A stretch of DNA of 64,000 nt from a virus (Duplodnaviria > Caudoviricetes), in the IMG/VR virus record IMGVR_UViG_2881966637_000004, positions 1-64,000 of that record, one strand, 5' to 3'. Position 1 is the stretch's first letter; every line of letters starts with the position of its first letter. Below, in pieces: positions 8,837 to 18,679 of this stretch. The notes under the pieces were generated by a model, which was given only the letters and a program-made list of their open reading frames with translations, had not been told where the DNA came from and searched no databases. A program made the position numbers and the translations under genes.

Positions 8837-8868
8837 TTTGGTTGACTCATGGATATTATCTAATTTTG
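8837..8868 (+). promoter_or_regulatory. Canonical Bacteroidota promoter for repL, overlapped by the tandem motif
   Basis: TTTG (8837-8840), 20 nt, TAATTTTG (8861-8868). GTTGAC-tttg-GTTGAC at 8831-8846 covers the -33 element. Confidence 0.75.
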
Positions 8869-8927
8869 ATACAGGTATTCATAATGATACTATAGTGGCA
8901 GGGCGGCCTGCGACAGACTATCGGGAA

Positions 8928-9434
8928 ATGAAAAAGCAATCAGTGGGGATTACCGACTTCTCTACCTATGACCAGAACCCCTACTCACCATCGGGTATGG
9001 AGTCGAAGCGGTTTATCCGGCAGAAAGACGAGCGGGTGTTTATCAATCAAGAGACGGGCGAAGTCGTTACCATGCGGGTGGCTGATGAATCCGTCACACG
9101 CATCACCGACCCCAAAGCCTTTATCAAACTATTCCAGGAGTCCCTGACCAGCGTGGGCGACCTGACGGTGCCAGGGCTAAAGGTACTCGTCTATATGATG
9201 ATGAAGCTAAAGCCGGGGGGGGATGAAGTTACTATCGTCGTGGACAGTTTTCTGGATCACTTCGACTACGGCATCAGTGAGAACGGGCAGCGCAGTAAGA
9301 TGCCCTACTACAAAGGCATCGCCGACCTGTTGAGTCATAAGCTCATCGCCCGAAAGCGGGGCTACGATCACACCTACTTTATCAACGTTGACGCCTTCTT
9401 TAATGGCGACAGAACCAAACTCGTAAAGCAGTAA
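8928..9434 (+). CDS. repL: RepL-like plasmid-type replication initiation (winged-helix) protein
   Basis: INQETGEV, FIKLFQESL...LTVPGLKVLVYMM and YFINVDAFFNGDR motifs are typical of RepL family proteins. RepL-like genes are reported in crAss-like phages. Confidence 0.75.
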   Translation: MKKQSVGITDFSTYDQNPYSPSGMESKRFIRQKDERVFINQETGEVVTMRVADESVTRITDPKAFIKLFQESLTSVGDLTVPGLKVLVYMMMKLKPGGDEVTIVVDSFLDHFDYGISENGQRSKMPYYKGIADLLSHKLIARKRGYDHTYFINVDAFFNGDRTKLVKQ

Positions 9435-9470
9435 ACCCAACGCCGACCGGGCGGTAAGCGGGGAGAGGAG

Positions 9471-9743
9471 ATGTCTATATTAGAAGAATTAGAAGAATTG
9501 ATAAGTGATTTACCGGTTGACTGGGTAGGCACAGGAGATCGTGTATCAGCTGATATTCAGGAAAGGCGGTGGTCTGAGAGAAAAGAACACTTGTTCGAAC
9601 GCCTGAAAATAGCCATAAACGCTACGGCCCCTAAAGCGGATGAAAAGCTACAGCCCAGAAGTCAGGTAGCTACCGGATCGCCAGCGTCCAACTCGCTGGA
9701 CGGATGCCCGTTTCAGTACTGCGACTCAAAGCCCGCGTGTTAA
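9471..9743 (+). CDS. Hypothetical protein, 90 aa
   Basis: Member of the rightward small-gene cluster. C-terminal CPFQYC. Confidence 0.5.
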   Translation: MSILEELEELISDLPVDWVGTGDRVSADIQERRWSERKEHLFERLKIAINATAPKADEKLQPRSQVATGSPASNSLDGCPFQYCDSKPAC

Positions 9744-9772
9744 AATCAGTGCCGATATAAACAAATCATACA

Positions 9773-10276
9773 ATGAGCGAAATCAAACAACTCACCCCGC
9801 AGCAACTGGGGGCTTTCATAGACAAAACAGTGCAGATGGACGTGCCATATAGCCCCGTCCATGATCAGGTCGGCGCGTTGGTCTGCGTGAGTGCCATTGA
9901 CGCATACGTCAGGACAAAGGTATTTAATTATCACACGTTCCGCCACCACCAAGTCCGCCCCGTACTTCGCACACCGCTTGAGGTGACAGATGAGGAGTGG
10001 GTAGTCTTTTTCGGTAATAGCATAACCGTAGATCGTGATGCAAACTGTACTCAGATTACGCTTCCATATCAGGATGGCAAGCGAACGGGAAAAATGTCGT
10101 ACCTCATATTCCAAAACGGGGAGATGTCGTCAATGGAATACAGCGATCAGCTTTGCGAGTTGCACGCTCCTCTTGCATGGGCCAGCCTCATCGACTACCT
10201 ACGCTCCATATCCGTAGACTGTAACGGATGGATACAACAGGGGCTCGCCGTTCACGCACAACCAGACAAGCCATGA
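9773..10276 (+). CDS. Hypothetical protein, 167 aa
   Basis: C-terminal LIDYLRSISVDCNGWIQQGLAV resembles other phage hypothetical proteins. ATGA overlap. Confidence 0.65.
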   Translation: MSEIKQLTPQQLGAFIDKTVQMDVPYSPVHDQVGALVCVSAIDAYVRTKVFNYHTFRHHQVRPVLRTPLEVTDEEWVVFFGNSITVDRDANCTQITLPYQDGKRTGKMSYLIFQNGEMSSMEYSDQLCELHAPLAWASLIDYLRSISVDCNGWIQQGLAVHAQPDKP

Positions 10277-10551
10277 ATACAGACAATCCAGACGACAAAC
10301 ATATGCCTCTGTTGCTGGCGATAAAAGCGGAAGTCAGCTTTGGCCAGCAGATCAGCGCATGGACAGCAAGGGTTGAGGTAGCCGGCAAGGGAACGGTTCA
10401 CATCAAATACGTGCGAAAAGCCTATCACGTTAACGGATGTGGGCTCAACTTCTCCACGCCGAACTACAAAACCGTAGCTGAATTGATCAACGACATACTA
10501 CCAAGCCCGCACACAGATGGAGACAGTCTTAATATGGAACCCATACCCTGA
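10273..10551 (+). CDS. Hypothetical protein
   Basis: ATGA-coupled start at 10273. Confidence 0.6.
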   Translation: MNTDNPDDKHMPLLLAIKAEVSFGQQISAWTARVEVAGKGTVHIKYVRKAYHVNGCGLNFSTPNYKTVAELINDILPSPHTDGDSLNMEPIP

Positions 10552-10729
10552 CGTTCGACCCACCGTGTATGGACGCTATCTGGTCTACCGGGAGAAGTGC
10601 GACAAGATTCATTTTGAAACATGGAACCAGACCGGCTGGGCCTATAACGACAACACCATTACCGATTGGGCCTTCGTCCGAAGTCCACGATCAATGAAGT
10701 CAGACAACTTAAATCAACCAGCACAATGA
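10517..10729 (+). CDS. DUF551-like small phage protein
   Basis: WNPYPDVRP...YLVY...W...ITDWAFVRSP pattern. Confidence 0.6.
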   Translation: METVLIWNPYPDVRPTVYGRYLVYREKCDKIHFETWNQTGWAYNDNTITDWAFVRSPRSMKSDNLNQPAQ

Positions 10730-10971
10730 ATCCAGAAGAAGAGTTTCGTATCAGATCAACCAAGTTCGTTCGTCGTGAGGTCTACGACGATGGAAGCAAA
10801 TGCTACACCTACGAAATATCGTTTAACCGGAGCCTTGAACACACGGGTCGCTACAACATCATGGAGGATGCGCTCAACAAATCACTCAAAGAAGAGGCCA
10901 GGAAGGACTTGTGGTTCGCCGTCGTCAGACTCTACTATAGCATCAAACGATACTTATCAAGCCTACTGTAG
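10726..10971 (+). CDS. Hypothetical protein
   Basis: ATGA-coupled start at 10726. Confidence 0.55.
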   Translation: MNPEEEFRIRSTKFVRREVYDDGSKCYTYEISFNRSLEHTGRYNIMEDALNKSLKEEARKDLWFAVVRLYYSIKRYLSSLL

Positions 10972-11051
10972 CCAGCCATGTGCGCCCCGGTCGCCTGATC
11001 GCACAGTACACCTTCGGTAAACTCTCTCGCTCTAAGTCAGACCGCATCCGT

Positions 11052-11321
11052 ATGTCACTCAATATAGACCAGACGGGCGAAGAGGCTACGCTGGCTGAGC
11101 TCTACGCCAACGCCCCGCTCAAATCCGTTCAGAAAGAAGCCCGTCGCATTGGCTTTGCCTCGCCGGCCAACAAGCCCGTCGAGCCTAAAGTCCCGCCAAT
11201 GCCCACGCCGGCAGAACGACGGCGCGAAGACGAGGAGGATGGACTACTGGCCCTTGAGCGGCTATCCTCTGACGAAACCAGAATCACTTCGGAAGACGTA
11301 AAGAAAGAACTTAGCTTATAA
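11052..11321 (+). CDS. Hypothetical protein
   Basis: ORF in the cluster. Start uncertain. Confidence 0.5.
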   Translation: MSLNIDQTGEEATLAELYANAPLKSVQKEARRIGFASPANKPVEPKVPPMPTPAERRREDEEDGLLALERLSSDETRITSEDVKKELSL

Positions 11322-11332
11322 AACCAGCAATT

Positions 11333-11728
11333 ATGCAACCAACAGTCGAACAGATTAACGAGCAGATAAAGCTCGTAGATTCCAACCAGGTGTCAGACGG
11401 ATACCACACCTTTGGCGAACTCTATGAGCATCGCATCTGCCTGTGGATCGCCCTGTGCGAGATCGCCCAGACAGTAAAAGACCGGGATGAATACTGCTAC
11501 GAGCACATTGTCTGGCGCAGCAAAGCACACTCGGACAGCTCCGAATGGGATGGCTGGTTTCTTCTGGGCCTGATGACCGAACCCGGCAAGCAGATGACCT
11601 ACCACCTGCCCATGTCAAAGTGGGACGAGTGTTCGTTTGCTAGGACACTGGAAAAGGCACCAGAGTACGATGGGCACACTTCATCCGATGTACTAGCCCG
11701 GATTAAAGAGTTGAGCAGTTTACTTTAA
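11333..11728 (+). CDS. WDGH-domain-like phage protein
   Basis: SDGYHTFGELYEHR...WRSKAHSD...WFLLG...QMTYHLP...APEYDGHTSSDVLARI. Confidence 0.8.
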   Translation: MQPTVEQINEQIKLVDSNQVSDGYHTFGELYEHRICLWIALCEIAQTVKDRDEYCYEHIVWRSKAHSDSSEWDGWFLLGLMTEPGKQMTYHLPMSKWDECSFARTLEKAPEYDGHTSSDVLARIKELSSLL

Positions 11729-11738
11729 ATCCCTATCA

Positions 11739-12095
11739 ATGGAAGCCATTGTTATAAAACCCGAAGAGATTGCCGCCACAGTCAAAGACATTGTCAGCAA
11801 GGCGATCCTGTCATCGGTGTCAGCCAGAAAGGAAGACATGGAAACATCGGTCAAAGAGTTCTTTCAGCGACCGTTGTTCAAAAACCAGGAGTCCCAGTTT
11901 GAGCGGTCACTGAACTGGGCCATCGACAGCGTGTTTCAAAGTGCCGTTGAGGACATACTCAGGGAGTTGAACTTTAAAGAGATGGTTGCCAGGACGGCCA
12001 GAAAGCTATTATCCGAAGAAGGCTTTTTGCGCGACATTGCCGAAGAAAAAGTCAGACAGGCTCTGGGCCTCTTGCCCACCCCGGAGAGAGATTAA
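11739..12095 (+). CDS. Helical hypothetical protein, 118 aa
   Basis: Last gene before the bidirectional terminator. Confidence 0.65.
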   Translation: MEAIVIKPEEIAATVKDIVSKAILSSVSARKEDMETSVKEFFQRPLFKNQESQFERSLNWAIDSVFQSAVEDILRELNFKEMVARTARKLLSEEGFLRDIAEEKVRQALGLLPTPERD

Positions 12096-12098
12096 ACG

Positions 12099-12130
12099 AA
12101 AAGCCCCGCCAGTGATGACGGGGCTTTTTT
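12099..12130. terminator. Bidirectional intrinsic terminator
   Basis: AAAAGCCCCG-10 nt-CGGGGCTTTTTT between convergent genes. Confidence 0.9.
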
Positions 12131-12356
12131 AATGGGGCTGGCTGGTCAGGTGCCAGCGTCCGCAGCACTCGCAGCGGTAGGACCGGCAGGGCTTTTTGTT
12201 TCGACCCCGGCTACCCAGTATCTTTTTAAGGTGACGCTGGGCAGCCTCGCGGCTGTCGTAAGTCTTCTTCTGGCAGGGGTGCACCACGTCTGGCTTGAGC
12301 GTAAAGTCGTCATCACCCCAGCGTTTCTTTCTTCGGACGTTTCTCTGATTGCTCAC
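12129..12356 (-). CDS. Small Zn-finger phage protein
   Basis: CQKKTY...A...RSYRCECCGRWHLTS motif. Confidence 0.7.
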   Translation of the reverse strand: MSNQRNVRRKKRWGDDDFTLKPDVVHPCQKKTYDSREAAQRHLKKILGSRGRNKKPCRSYRCECCGRWHLTSQPH

Positions 12357-12735
12357 GCTTGAGTTGGGTAAATGCCTCGACGGCTTTGGCGTACTGCTGC
12401 TTCTGATAGGCGACCCCCTCCTCTTTGGTGGGGGGCAGAAACTGGTTTAACAGGTTGGTGACCTTCGTGCCGAACCAGCTGCTGATCGCCCAGACGTATA
12501 GCCCCTTGTTGCCCCGCTGCCGGCTCAGCTTGAAGCGGGCCATGCCGGGTATCACCACCACCCCCTGCCCCGACAGCAGCCGGAAGACGATCTCCTGCCC
12601 CGTGGCGATGAGCACCTGATACACAACGGTGAACGGAACGGGCGGATCGCAGCGATCTCCTATCGCCCTGGTGATCATGGTGGGGTTGATGCGCGGCACC
12701 TTGCCCAGCCGGGGTCCCTTTTTTTTATTCTGCAT
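12313..12735 (-). CDS. HU/IHF-like DNA-binding protein (divergent)
   Basis: Basic. Two helices followed by GVVVIPGMARFKLSRQ, like the HU V.I.GFG.F strand. IHF-like genes adjoin the tail module in crAss-like phages. Confidence 0.5.
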   Translation of the reverse strand: MQNKKKGPRLGKVPRINPTMITRAIGDRCDPPVPFTVVYQVLIATGQEIVFRLLSGQGVVVIPGMARFKLSRQRGNKGLYVWAISSWFGTKVTNLLNQFLPPTKEEGVAYQKQQYAKAVEAFTQLKREQSEKRPKKETLG

Positions 12736-12737
12736 AA

Positions 12738-12768
12738 TTGGTTTACATTAGTTGACTTTCTATCTTTG
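12738..12768 (+). promoter_or_regulatory. Promoter for the tail/ejection operon, with the tandem motif in the spacer
   Basis: TTG (12738-12740), 20 nt, TATCTTTG (12761-12768). GTTTAC-atta-GTTGAC at 12741-12756 fills the spacer. Confidence 0.7.
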
Positions 12769-12820
12769 ATCGGTTATGAATACCTTGATCCAAAGATAAT
12801 TAGTTGCTGCTGGTAATACG

Positions 12821-13498
12821 ATGGTACGGTTGATAGATTTTGACGACAAGGGTATGCCCGTGATCGACCGATCCTGGTGGAGCCTGCCCGAGTTCGAGCA
12901 GATGGCTACCGTACTGGGGCATAAAGACTACGCCCTGGTCGTCGTGCTGCTCAATGCCTACCGCTCCCCCTACAACCGCATCAGCTACGCCGAGCGCAAA
13001 GCAAAGGTCATCGAGGACTTCCCCCGTCGCTGGTCATCCAGCAGCACCCTGCGACCAATGGCGCGTCACCTCGACCTGCCGGTGTTCAAAGAGGCCGAGC
13101 GGGTATTCCGCGAGTTGCAGTTCGACCCCAAGTGGGACCGGCTCATCATGCTCGAAGACAAGCTGGACGAGTTCACCCAGGCCATCAAGAACACGCCCGT
13201 CTGCTTTGACCTGGGCGAGATGTTCAAGCGGAAGAAAACCAAGAAGAAGCGCGGTCGCCGGTTCGAGGATGAAGACGATGACTTCGAGGACGACGACGAG
13301 TTTCCCGAAGATGCCAGCGACGAGCCCAAGCTGGTAACCAGCAAGGACCAGGCGGACATGCTCAAGGCTCTGCTGCTCACCCAGAAGGCCTACGCACAGG
13401 AGTACGAAGAGCTGCGCATCGAGATTTTCCGGCTCAGTAAGGATAAGAAGGGCAACGTCCGTCAGGCCAAAGCCCGTGACTTTTACGAAAGCATATAG
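12821..13498 (+). CDS. Conserved crAss-like protein, possible terminase small subunit
   Basis: The AYRSPY...ERKAKVIEDF...VFKEAERVFRELQFDP pattern is recalled from proteins near TerL in Bacteroidota phages. Contains a basic/acidic insert. Confidence 0.5.
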   Translation: MVRLIDFDDKGMPVIDRSWWSLPEFEQMATVLGHKDYALVVVLLNAYRSPYNRISYAERKAKVIEDFPRRWSSSSTLRPMARHLDLPVFKEAERVFRELQFDPKWDRLIMLEDKLDEFTQAIKNTPVCFDLGEMFKRKKTKKKRGRRFEDEDDDFEDDDEFPEDASDEPKLVTSKDQADMLKALLLTQKAYAQEYEELRIEIFRLSKDKKGNVRQAKARDFYESI

Positions 13499-13501
13499 CG
13501 C

Positions 13502-14188
13502 ATGGAACAGATACCGGCACCCGACTCGATGGACGGGCTTATATACGACCTGCTGCTGCTGATGCGCGGGGGTGGTCAGCTAACTGACGACGAGCCCGTC
13601 GATACCCGGCAGGTGTCGCTCTGGATCGGATCAGCCATCGCCGAGCTGATGGACGGCGAAGTCTTGCTGGCCGCTCAGCAGAACCGGGATGTCAACCCCG
13701 ACCTCTACCAGACCTTCTCGGTCAGCGAGTTTACGCCCATCAACTTCGGCAAGGGCGGGGTGGCCATCTCGGAAGGGGTGATCCCCAAGCCCCTGTCGGC
13801 GACCGGCAAAGTGTGGCTCAAAGACCTCCACAACGGAGCCGGCACCTTTCTGTCGGCCGTCTCGTCCCGCCAGCGACTCTACGCCGGTATCGGCCAGTCG
13901 GGCTGGGGCCGCTGGAAAGGCAGCGACTGGCACATCTCCTACTGCTACGAAGCGGACACGGCCAATACCGGCAAGCTGCTGATCGCCTACTCACCCGAGA
14001 TGGGCTTGCCCGACCGGATCGAAGGCGAGTACATTCCCGCCAAACCCTGGGAGATGGTGCCGTCCTACCAGACGCTGCCCATCCCGGCCCGGTGGATACG
14101 TCAGATCAGACTCCGGCTGTTGTCGGCAGAAGGCAAGGCCATACTGTCCACAACCCCAGACCCCGTCAATAACGGCACCAACCCATAG
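13502..14188 (+). CDS. Tail ring (tail tubular/adaptor) protein, crAss-like
   Basis: N-terminal LIYDLLLLMRGGGQLTDDEPVDTRQVSLWI and C-terminal PIPARWIRQIRLRLL resemble crAss-like ring proteins. Confidence 0.65.
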   Translation: MEQIPAPDSMDGLIYDLLLLMRGGGQLTDDEPVDTRQVSLWIGSAIAELMDGEVLLAAQQNRDVNPDLYQTFSVSEFTPINFGKGGVAISEGVIPKPLSATGKVWLKDLHNGAGTFLSAVSSRQRLYAGIGQSGWGRWKGSDWHISYCYEADTANTGKLLIAYSPEMGLPDRIEGEYIPAKPWEMVPSYQTLPIPARWIRQIRLRLLSAEGKAILSTTPDPVNNGTNP

Positions 14189-14190
14189 CC

Positions 14191-17100
14191 ATGTATCTAT
14201 CCATCACCGACAGCATCTACCGTTTCAGCGAGGAGTGGCCCGGCGACGACGGCCCCATGCCCGACGAGAACCTGCCCCTGCTGCAGAGCTGGGCAATAGA
14301 CACCCTGACCGAAATTGGCATGGAGCCCTTCTGCACCATCATGGAGACAAAGCTGCCGGTGATCGACAGCTTCGCCGATATGCCCGCCGACTGCGTCCGG
14401 GTCATCGACTACGGCATGGACGCCAGCATCCGCCCCGACCGGGCCAGATCGCGCATCTACGCCCGTGGCCACAAAGAGATCACCATCCGCTACGACTCCA
14501 TGCCCCTCGACGGAGCCGGTCGGCTAATGATTCCCGAGATGGCCGAAGCCGCGATCCAGAAAAGCTGGATGGCCCGCTGGGCGTGGCGGATGGGACTGGA
14601 CAAAAAGACCCGTTCGCAGGGCACCGTCAACCTCTACCAGCCCCTGAAAGCCGAAGCCGACCGGCTCATTGGCTGGACCAGAGGGCGGGTGCAGATGATG
14701 ACCCAGGCCCAGAAAGAAAACCTGCTGGCCTACCGCATGTCGCGCCTGCCGGGCGGTCTTCACTATACCGAACCCTATTCACCCCCAGAGACAGGACTTA
14801 TGCCTACCGTTGGAAACATCATTTCGCTACCCGGCACCAAAGGTGATCAGGGTGCCGCCGGACTACCCGGCCCTCCTGGCCCTCCCGGCCCCAAAGGCGA
14901 TGCCGGTATCCCTACCCTTCCTGACATGAACGCACTGGCTGCTTACCAACTTACGCTGGAAGAAGGTAAGGGCTACATCGTTCACGTACTCAACAGTGCC
15001 GGTGGCGGAATTGCCACCTACCTCGTCACCAAAACAACCTACCACCCCTATGCATACTGGGGAATTAGTCTGCCGCTGCTGTCGGGAGAGGCAGCAGCGC
15101 AGATCGGAAACGTCTATTCCAAAGCGCAGATTGACAATCAGCTCTCAACGAAGGTTACCTCGCTCTCTTCCGTTAACGCGTTTGCCTATGCAACGGAGTC
15201 AAAGGTTTTCTTTGACGGCTCCGAATGGGTGCGCAAGTCGGGCTCATTCTCGGCCAACGGGGGCACGATTGTTGCTGGGGCTGGTGGTGCGTTTTACCAG
15301 CGAGTCTATACGGGAGATGCGCTGGTGAAGTGGTTTCCCGGTGCCACCGATACCGAGCAGATCGTAAACGCGCTGACTTCGCCGGACCCTGTTTTGTTGC
15401 TTGATGCCAAGTCATACACAGCCAACCAGTTCAGTATCCCGGCCGGAAAAAAATTGAGAGGTGTTCCTGGTAAATCAGTGTTACGCCCGTCGGCCAGCAT
15501 CGTAGGACAAGCTAACCCTGACTTTGGTTATCCAAGTCAGGTAACGGGTTGGATAACGATGTCAGCCAACAATGTTGCGCTGGAAGATGTAACCCTGGAC
15601 ATGAGTTCCAACACCACCCGGTTGGCTGCTATTAAGTCGATGGGCGTTGCACTGGATGGATGGCGGGTCAACAACGTCACGTTCCTGAACGGGATTAATC
15701 ACTTCATATACGTGCATCTGGCGGCTACGTCAAAAAATATTGAGATTACCAATAACCGCTTTCTGCATGGCGAAAACGGGGTTTCTATTCGCGCTACCGT
15801 AGCCGCCCGTCTCAACAACAACATAAAAATAAACGGCAACACCTTCGACGATGTAGGGGGGAATATAATCGGGTTAGAAGACAATTTCTCCGTTGGTCCT
15901 ACCCGGTATGACACGCACACTAATGTAGAAGTTAACAACAATATTATGACCAACCTTCGGGTGGTCGGTGGCTATGACGGGGCTATTCCTTTAGAGCTGC
16001 ACGGCGTAACCAACGGGGTTGTGTCGGGCAATATTGTTGACAGCGGAACCAGGGGGTTGGGCGTGATGACCAGCAAAAACGTGGTGCTGGAAGGCAACAC
16101 CGTCAGCAACCAGACGGCGTATTTTACCGAGATCGCCAAGCTGGAAGACTGCTCGTTTGTCAATAACGTATCCAAAAACAACCGGACATTTATCACGCTG
16201 TCTCCATCTGACAACTACGCCGTGCCCAATAAAAATATCCTGGTTTCAGGCAACCAGATAATCGGCAACGGCATACAGACGGTAGCCGGAGGGGTTGATA
16301 TGGCGGCTATCAATACCAGCTATAACGCGATCCTGCAAAACTGGGTTATTGAGAACAACGTATTTACCAATCAGGATTTCGCGGCCAATGGGGTTATTTC
16401 TATCCGGGGGTCACGCGCCCGCCCCAATATCATTTTCTCGGGTGGTGGGGGCAGCGGTGCCCAGGCCACAGCAACACTGAAAGTCGTGGCTGTAAAAGTT
16501 GATCAGGGCGGTAGCGGCTACACCAGCGCACCAACCGTAAGTGTTTCTGCGGTAGACGGTAGCGGTGCAACGGCCGAAGCGGTGATCAGCAACGGAACAG
16601 TTACCTCTGTCGTCGTTACCAGCGCGGGAGACGGCTACCTCTACGAGCCCAGTATCATTTTTTCGGGCGGTGGGGGTAGTGGAGCTTCGGCCACCCCTAT
16701 TCTGGGTATAGCTTCGGTCAGTGTCGTGTCGGGGGGCAGTAACTACACCAGTGCCCCTACCGTAACAGCAAAAGACAACGGCGTCATCCTGGACGAATAC
16801 GGCGGTCTGCAAACGGGCGGGGCGGTTCTGACCGCTACGGTTAGCGGGGGCAGTGTTGTATCGGTCAATGTGGCATCGCCGGGGAACAGCTTTGGCCGGG
16901 GAAACACCAATATTGTGATCCGGGGAAATAAATTTTTCTCTACGTCGGTCAACTCACCTATTCAGATTATCAACCTGACGGGTCGGCATCTTCGGGTTGA
17001 GGATAATTACTTTTACCGCACGGCCGCCTACAGCAATGCGACCCACTGGCAGTCAGGCGGGGTGGTTGTCAGCACGTCCGGGCTGGGTCTGCTGGACGAG

Positions 17101-18414
17101 GTGGCTATTGATCGCAACACCTTTATCTTCAAGGGTAAAATGGGGTCAGGGCAGTATGCCGCAATCGGGCAGTATCTTAGCTTTTCTGACCGGGTGCTGA
17201 CCAAAGGGCTTCGGGTTACGAACAATTTCATTGACGGCTATTTCACGCGGGGCATATACGTCAACGACCAGTCAACCGATTCTGAAATACTCAACAATGA
17301 GATTTCAGATTTAGTCGGCACACCTTACATCATCGGGGCCGGGAAGCGTATGTTTTCGCTTAGAACCTTCAACGGCAGTTCAGCCCCAACAGCGGGTAAC
17401 TGGCGTGCTGGCGATAAGCTGCTCAATCCGGCTCCTCAACTCGGCCAGCCGGAAGGGTTTATATGTATAGCATCGGGTAGCCCAGGTACGTGGATTGAAC
17501 TCTCGCCGGTCGGAACGGACAGGATTGGCGACGGGTCGCCCAACGGGGTTGTTTCAGCTCCGGTGGGGTCGATCTATCGCAACACATCATCTAGCGCGGC
17601 CGCTTTGCACTACAAAGCCGGGGGGCTATCCGGCAATACAGGCTGGCGGGAGCTGGCTAACGTCAGCAATACGATTATGCTGGGCGACCCGTCCATTTCT
17701 CACAACGCGGGTACGGGCCTTAAAATGGCCAGTAACACCACGTCAGGCGGAGATGGACATTTCTTGAACTCAGTTGATGCCAGTGAGTTTTTCCTCACCA
17801 ACAGCAACAGCAGCCAGACCCGGTTTGAATTAAAGTTTGGGTCTGCCAGAAGCAATGACGCGACGGTGGGGCTACGATATATCACGGGCACACTGGGGGC
17901 AGGAGCCGGGGTACTATCTATTGGTCAGGCATCAAAGAGTTTGTCAGGATGGACACATGGGTTCACGCGCCTGTACAATATGGGCGTAATTACCATGACC
18001 ACCACGCCGACTAACCGTGTCCTCATCGGGACGCAAACCGACAATGGCCGGGATATTGCACAACTCGCCGGATCAATCTCGGCGAGTGCAGTCTATGGGG
18101 CAGGCCTGACGCCAACAATTACCGCCGGGGCCGGAGCGGGCACCACACCAACGGTATCGGTCGTAGGTACAGCAACGGCGGGAGTAATTACCATTACCAC
18201 GGGCAGCTCCCCGGCCGCAGGAACCCTGGCAACCGTTACGTTCCCGTCCGCTTACGCAACCAATGCGCCTATCGTCGTCGTCTCCGGGGCGCAGGGCACA
18301 ACCCTGGCCGCATACACGACGGGAGAGACAACGTCGGCTTTCTCGCTGGCAACGGCGGCCACCCCTTCGGCCGCCACGACCTATCGCTTTGCGTATATAA
18401 CCATCGGACGCTGA
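14191..18414 (+). CDS. Fusion of a tail ring protein, collagen repeat and beta-helix tailspike (1407 aa)
   Basis: Residues 1-190 resemble a ring protein (YDSMPLDGAGRLMIPE...AEADRLIGWTRG). Then GxY collagen repeats, pectin-lyase-like Asn-rich beta-helix repeats, GSGYTSAPTV repeats and a C-terminal receptor-binding-like domain. Confidence 0.8.
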   Translation: MYLSITDSIYRFSEEWPGDDGPMPDENLPLLQSWAIDTLTEIGMEPFCTIMETKLPVIDSFADMPADCVRVIDYGMDASIRPDRARSRIYARGHKEITIRYDSMPLDGAGRLMIPEMAEAAIQKSWMARWAWRMGLDKKTRSQGTVNLYQPLKAEADRLIGWTRGRVQMMTQAQKENLLAYRMSRLPGGLHYTEPYSPPETGLMPTVGNIISLPGTKGDQGAAGLPGPPGPPGPKGDAGIPTLPDMNALAAYQLTLEEGKGYIVHVLNSAGGGIATYLVTKTTYHPYAYWGISLPLLSGEAAAQIGNVYSKAQIDNQLSTKVTSLSSVNAFAYATESKVFFDGSEWVRKSGSFSANGGTIVAGAGGAFYQRVYTGDALVKWFPGATDTEQIVNALTSPDPVLLLDAKSYTANQFSIPAGKKLRGVPGKSVLRPSASIVGQANPDFGYPSQVTGWITMSANNVALEDVTLDMSSNTTRLAAIKSMGVALDGWRVNNVTFLNGINHFIYVHLAATSKNIEITNNRFLHGENGVSIRATVAARLNNNIKINGNTFDDVGGNIIGLEDNFSVGPTRYDTHTNVEVNNNIMTNLRVVGGYDGAIPLELHGVTNGVVSGNIVDSGTRGLGVMTSKNVVLEGNTVSNQTAYFTEIAKLEDCSFVNNVSKNNRTFITLSPSDNYAVPNKNILVSGNQIIGNGIQTVAGGVDMAAINTSYNAILQNWVIENNVFTNQDFAANGVISIRGSRARPNIIFSGGGGSGAQATATLKVVAVKVDQGGSGYTSAPTVSVSAVDGSGATAEAVISNGTVTSVVVTSAGDGYLYEPSIIFSGGGGSGASATPILGIASVSVVSGGSNYTSAPTVTAKDNGVILDEYGGLQTGGAVLTATVSGGSVVSVNVASPGNSFGRGNTNIVIRGNKFFSTSVNSPIQIINLTGRHLRVEDNYFYRTAAYSNATHWQSGGVVVSTSGLGLLDEVAIDRNTFIFKGKMGSGQYAAIGQYLSFSDRVLTKGLRVTNNFIDGYFTRGIYVNDQSTDSEILNNEISDLVGTPYIIGAGKRMFSLRTFNGSSAPTAGNWRAGDKLLNPAPQLGQPEGFICIASGSPGTWIELSPVGTDRIGDGSPNGVVSAPVGSIYRNTSSSAAALHYKAGGLSGNTGWRELANVSNTIMLGDPSISHNAGTGLKMASNTTSGGDGHFLNSVDASEFFLTNSNSSQTRFELKFGSARSNDATVGLRYITGTLGAGAGVLSIGQASKSLSGWTHGFTRLYNMGVITMTTTPTNRVLIGTQTDNGRDIAQLAGSISASAVYGAGLTPTITAGAGAGTTPTVSVVGTATAGVITITTGSSPAAGTLATVTFPSAYATNAPIVVVSGAQGTTLAAYTTGETTSAFSLATAATPSAATTYRFAYITIGR

Positions 18415-18415
18415 C

Positions 18416-18679
18416 ATGGAAGCTACGCCCAAATACTTTATCCTTGACCGGCGACTGATCGGCGTTGTCGAAGTTGCCAAGCGAATGGTCGAAGCTGCGG
18501 CCGGCGCATCTGCCGTGTCTGACTACCCCTGGGTAGCACTGGTGCTGATCGTTTTCCGGGTAGGCCTGTCCGGTATTGGCTACTTTTCCCTGCCCAAAAA
18601 CCCGATCAACGTCAATACCGAACAGACTGTATCTATAGCCACCGAACCCAAAGCCGATGCGCCATCGCCAGACCTTTGA
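18416..18679 (+). CDS. Small single-TM protein, 87 aa
   Basis: Starts 2 nt after the upstream stop. One hydrophobic segment. Overlaps the muzzle start. Confidence 0.45.
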   Translation: MEATPKYFILDRRLIGVVEVAKRMVEAAAGASAVSDYPWVALVLIVFRVGLSGIGYFSLPKNPINVNTEQTVSIATEPKADAPSPDL

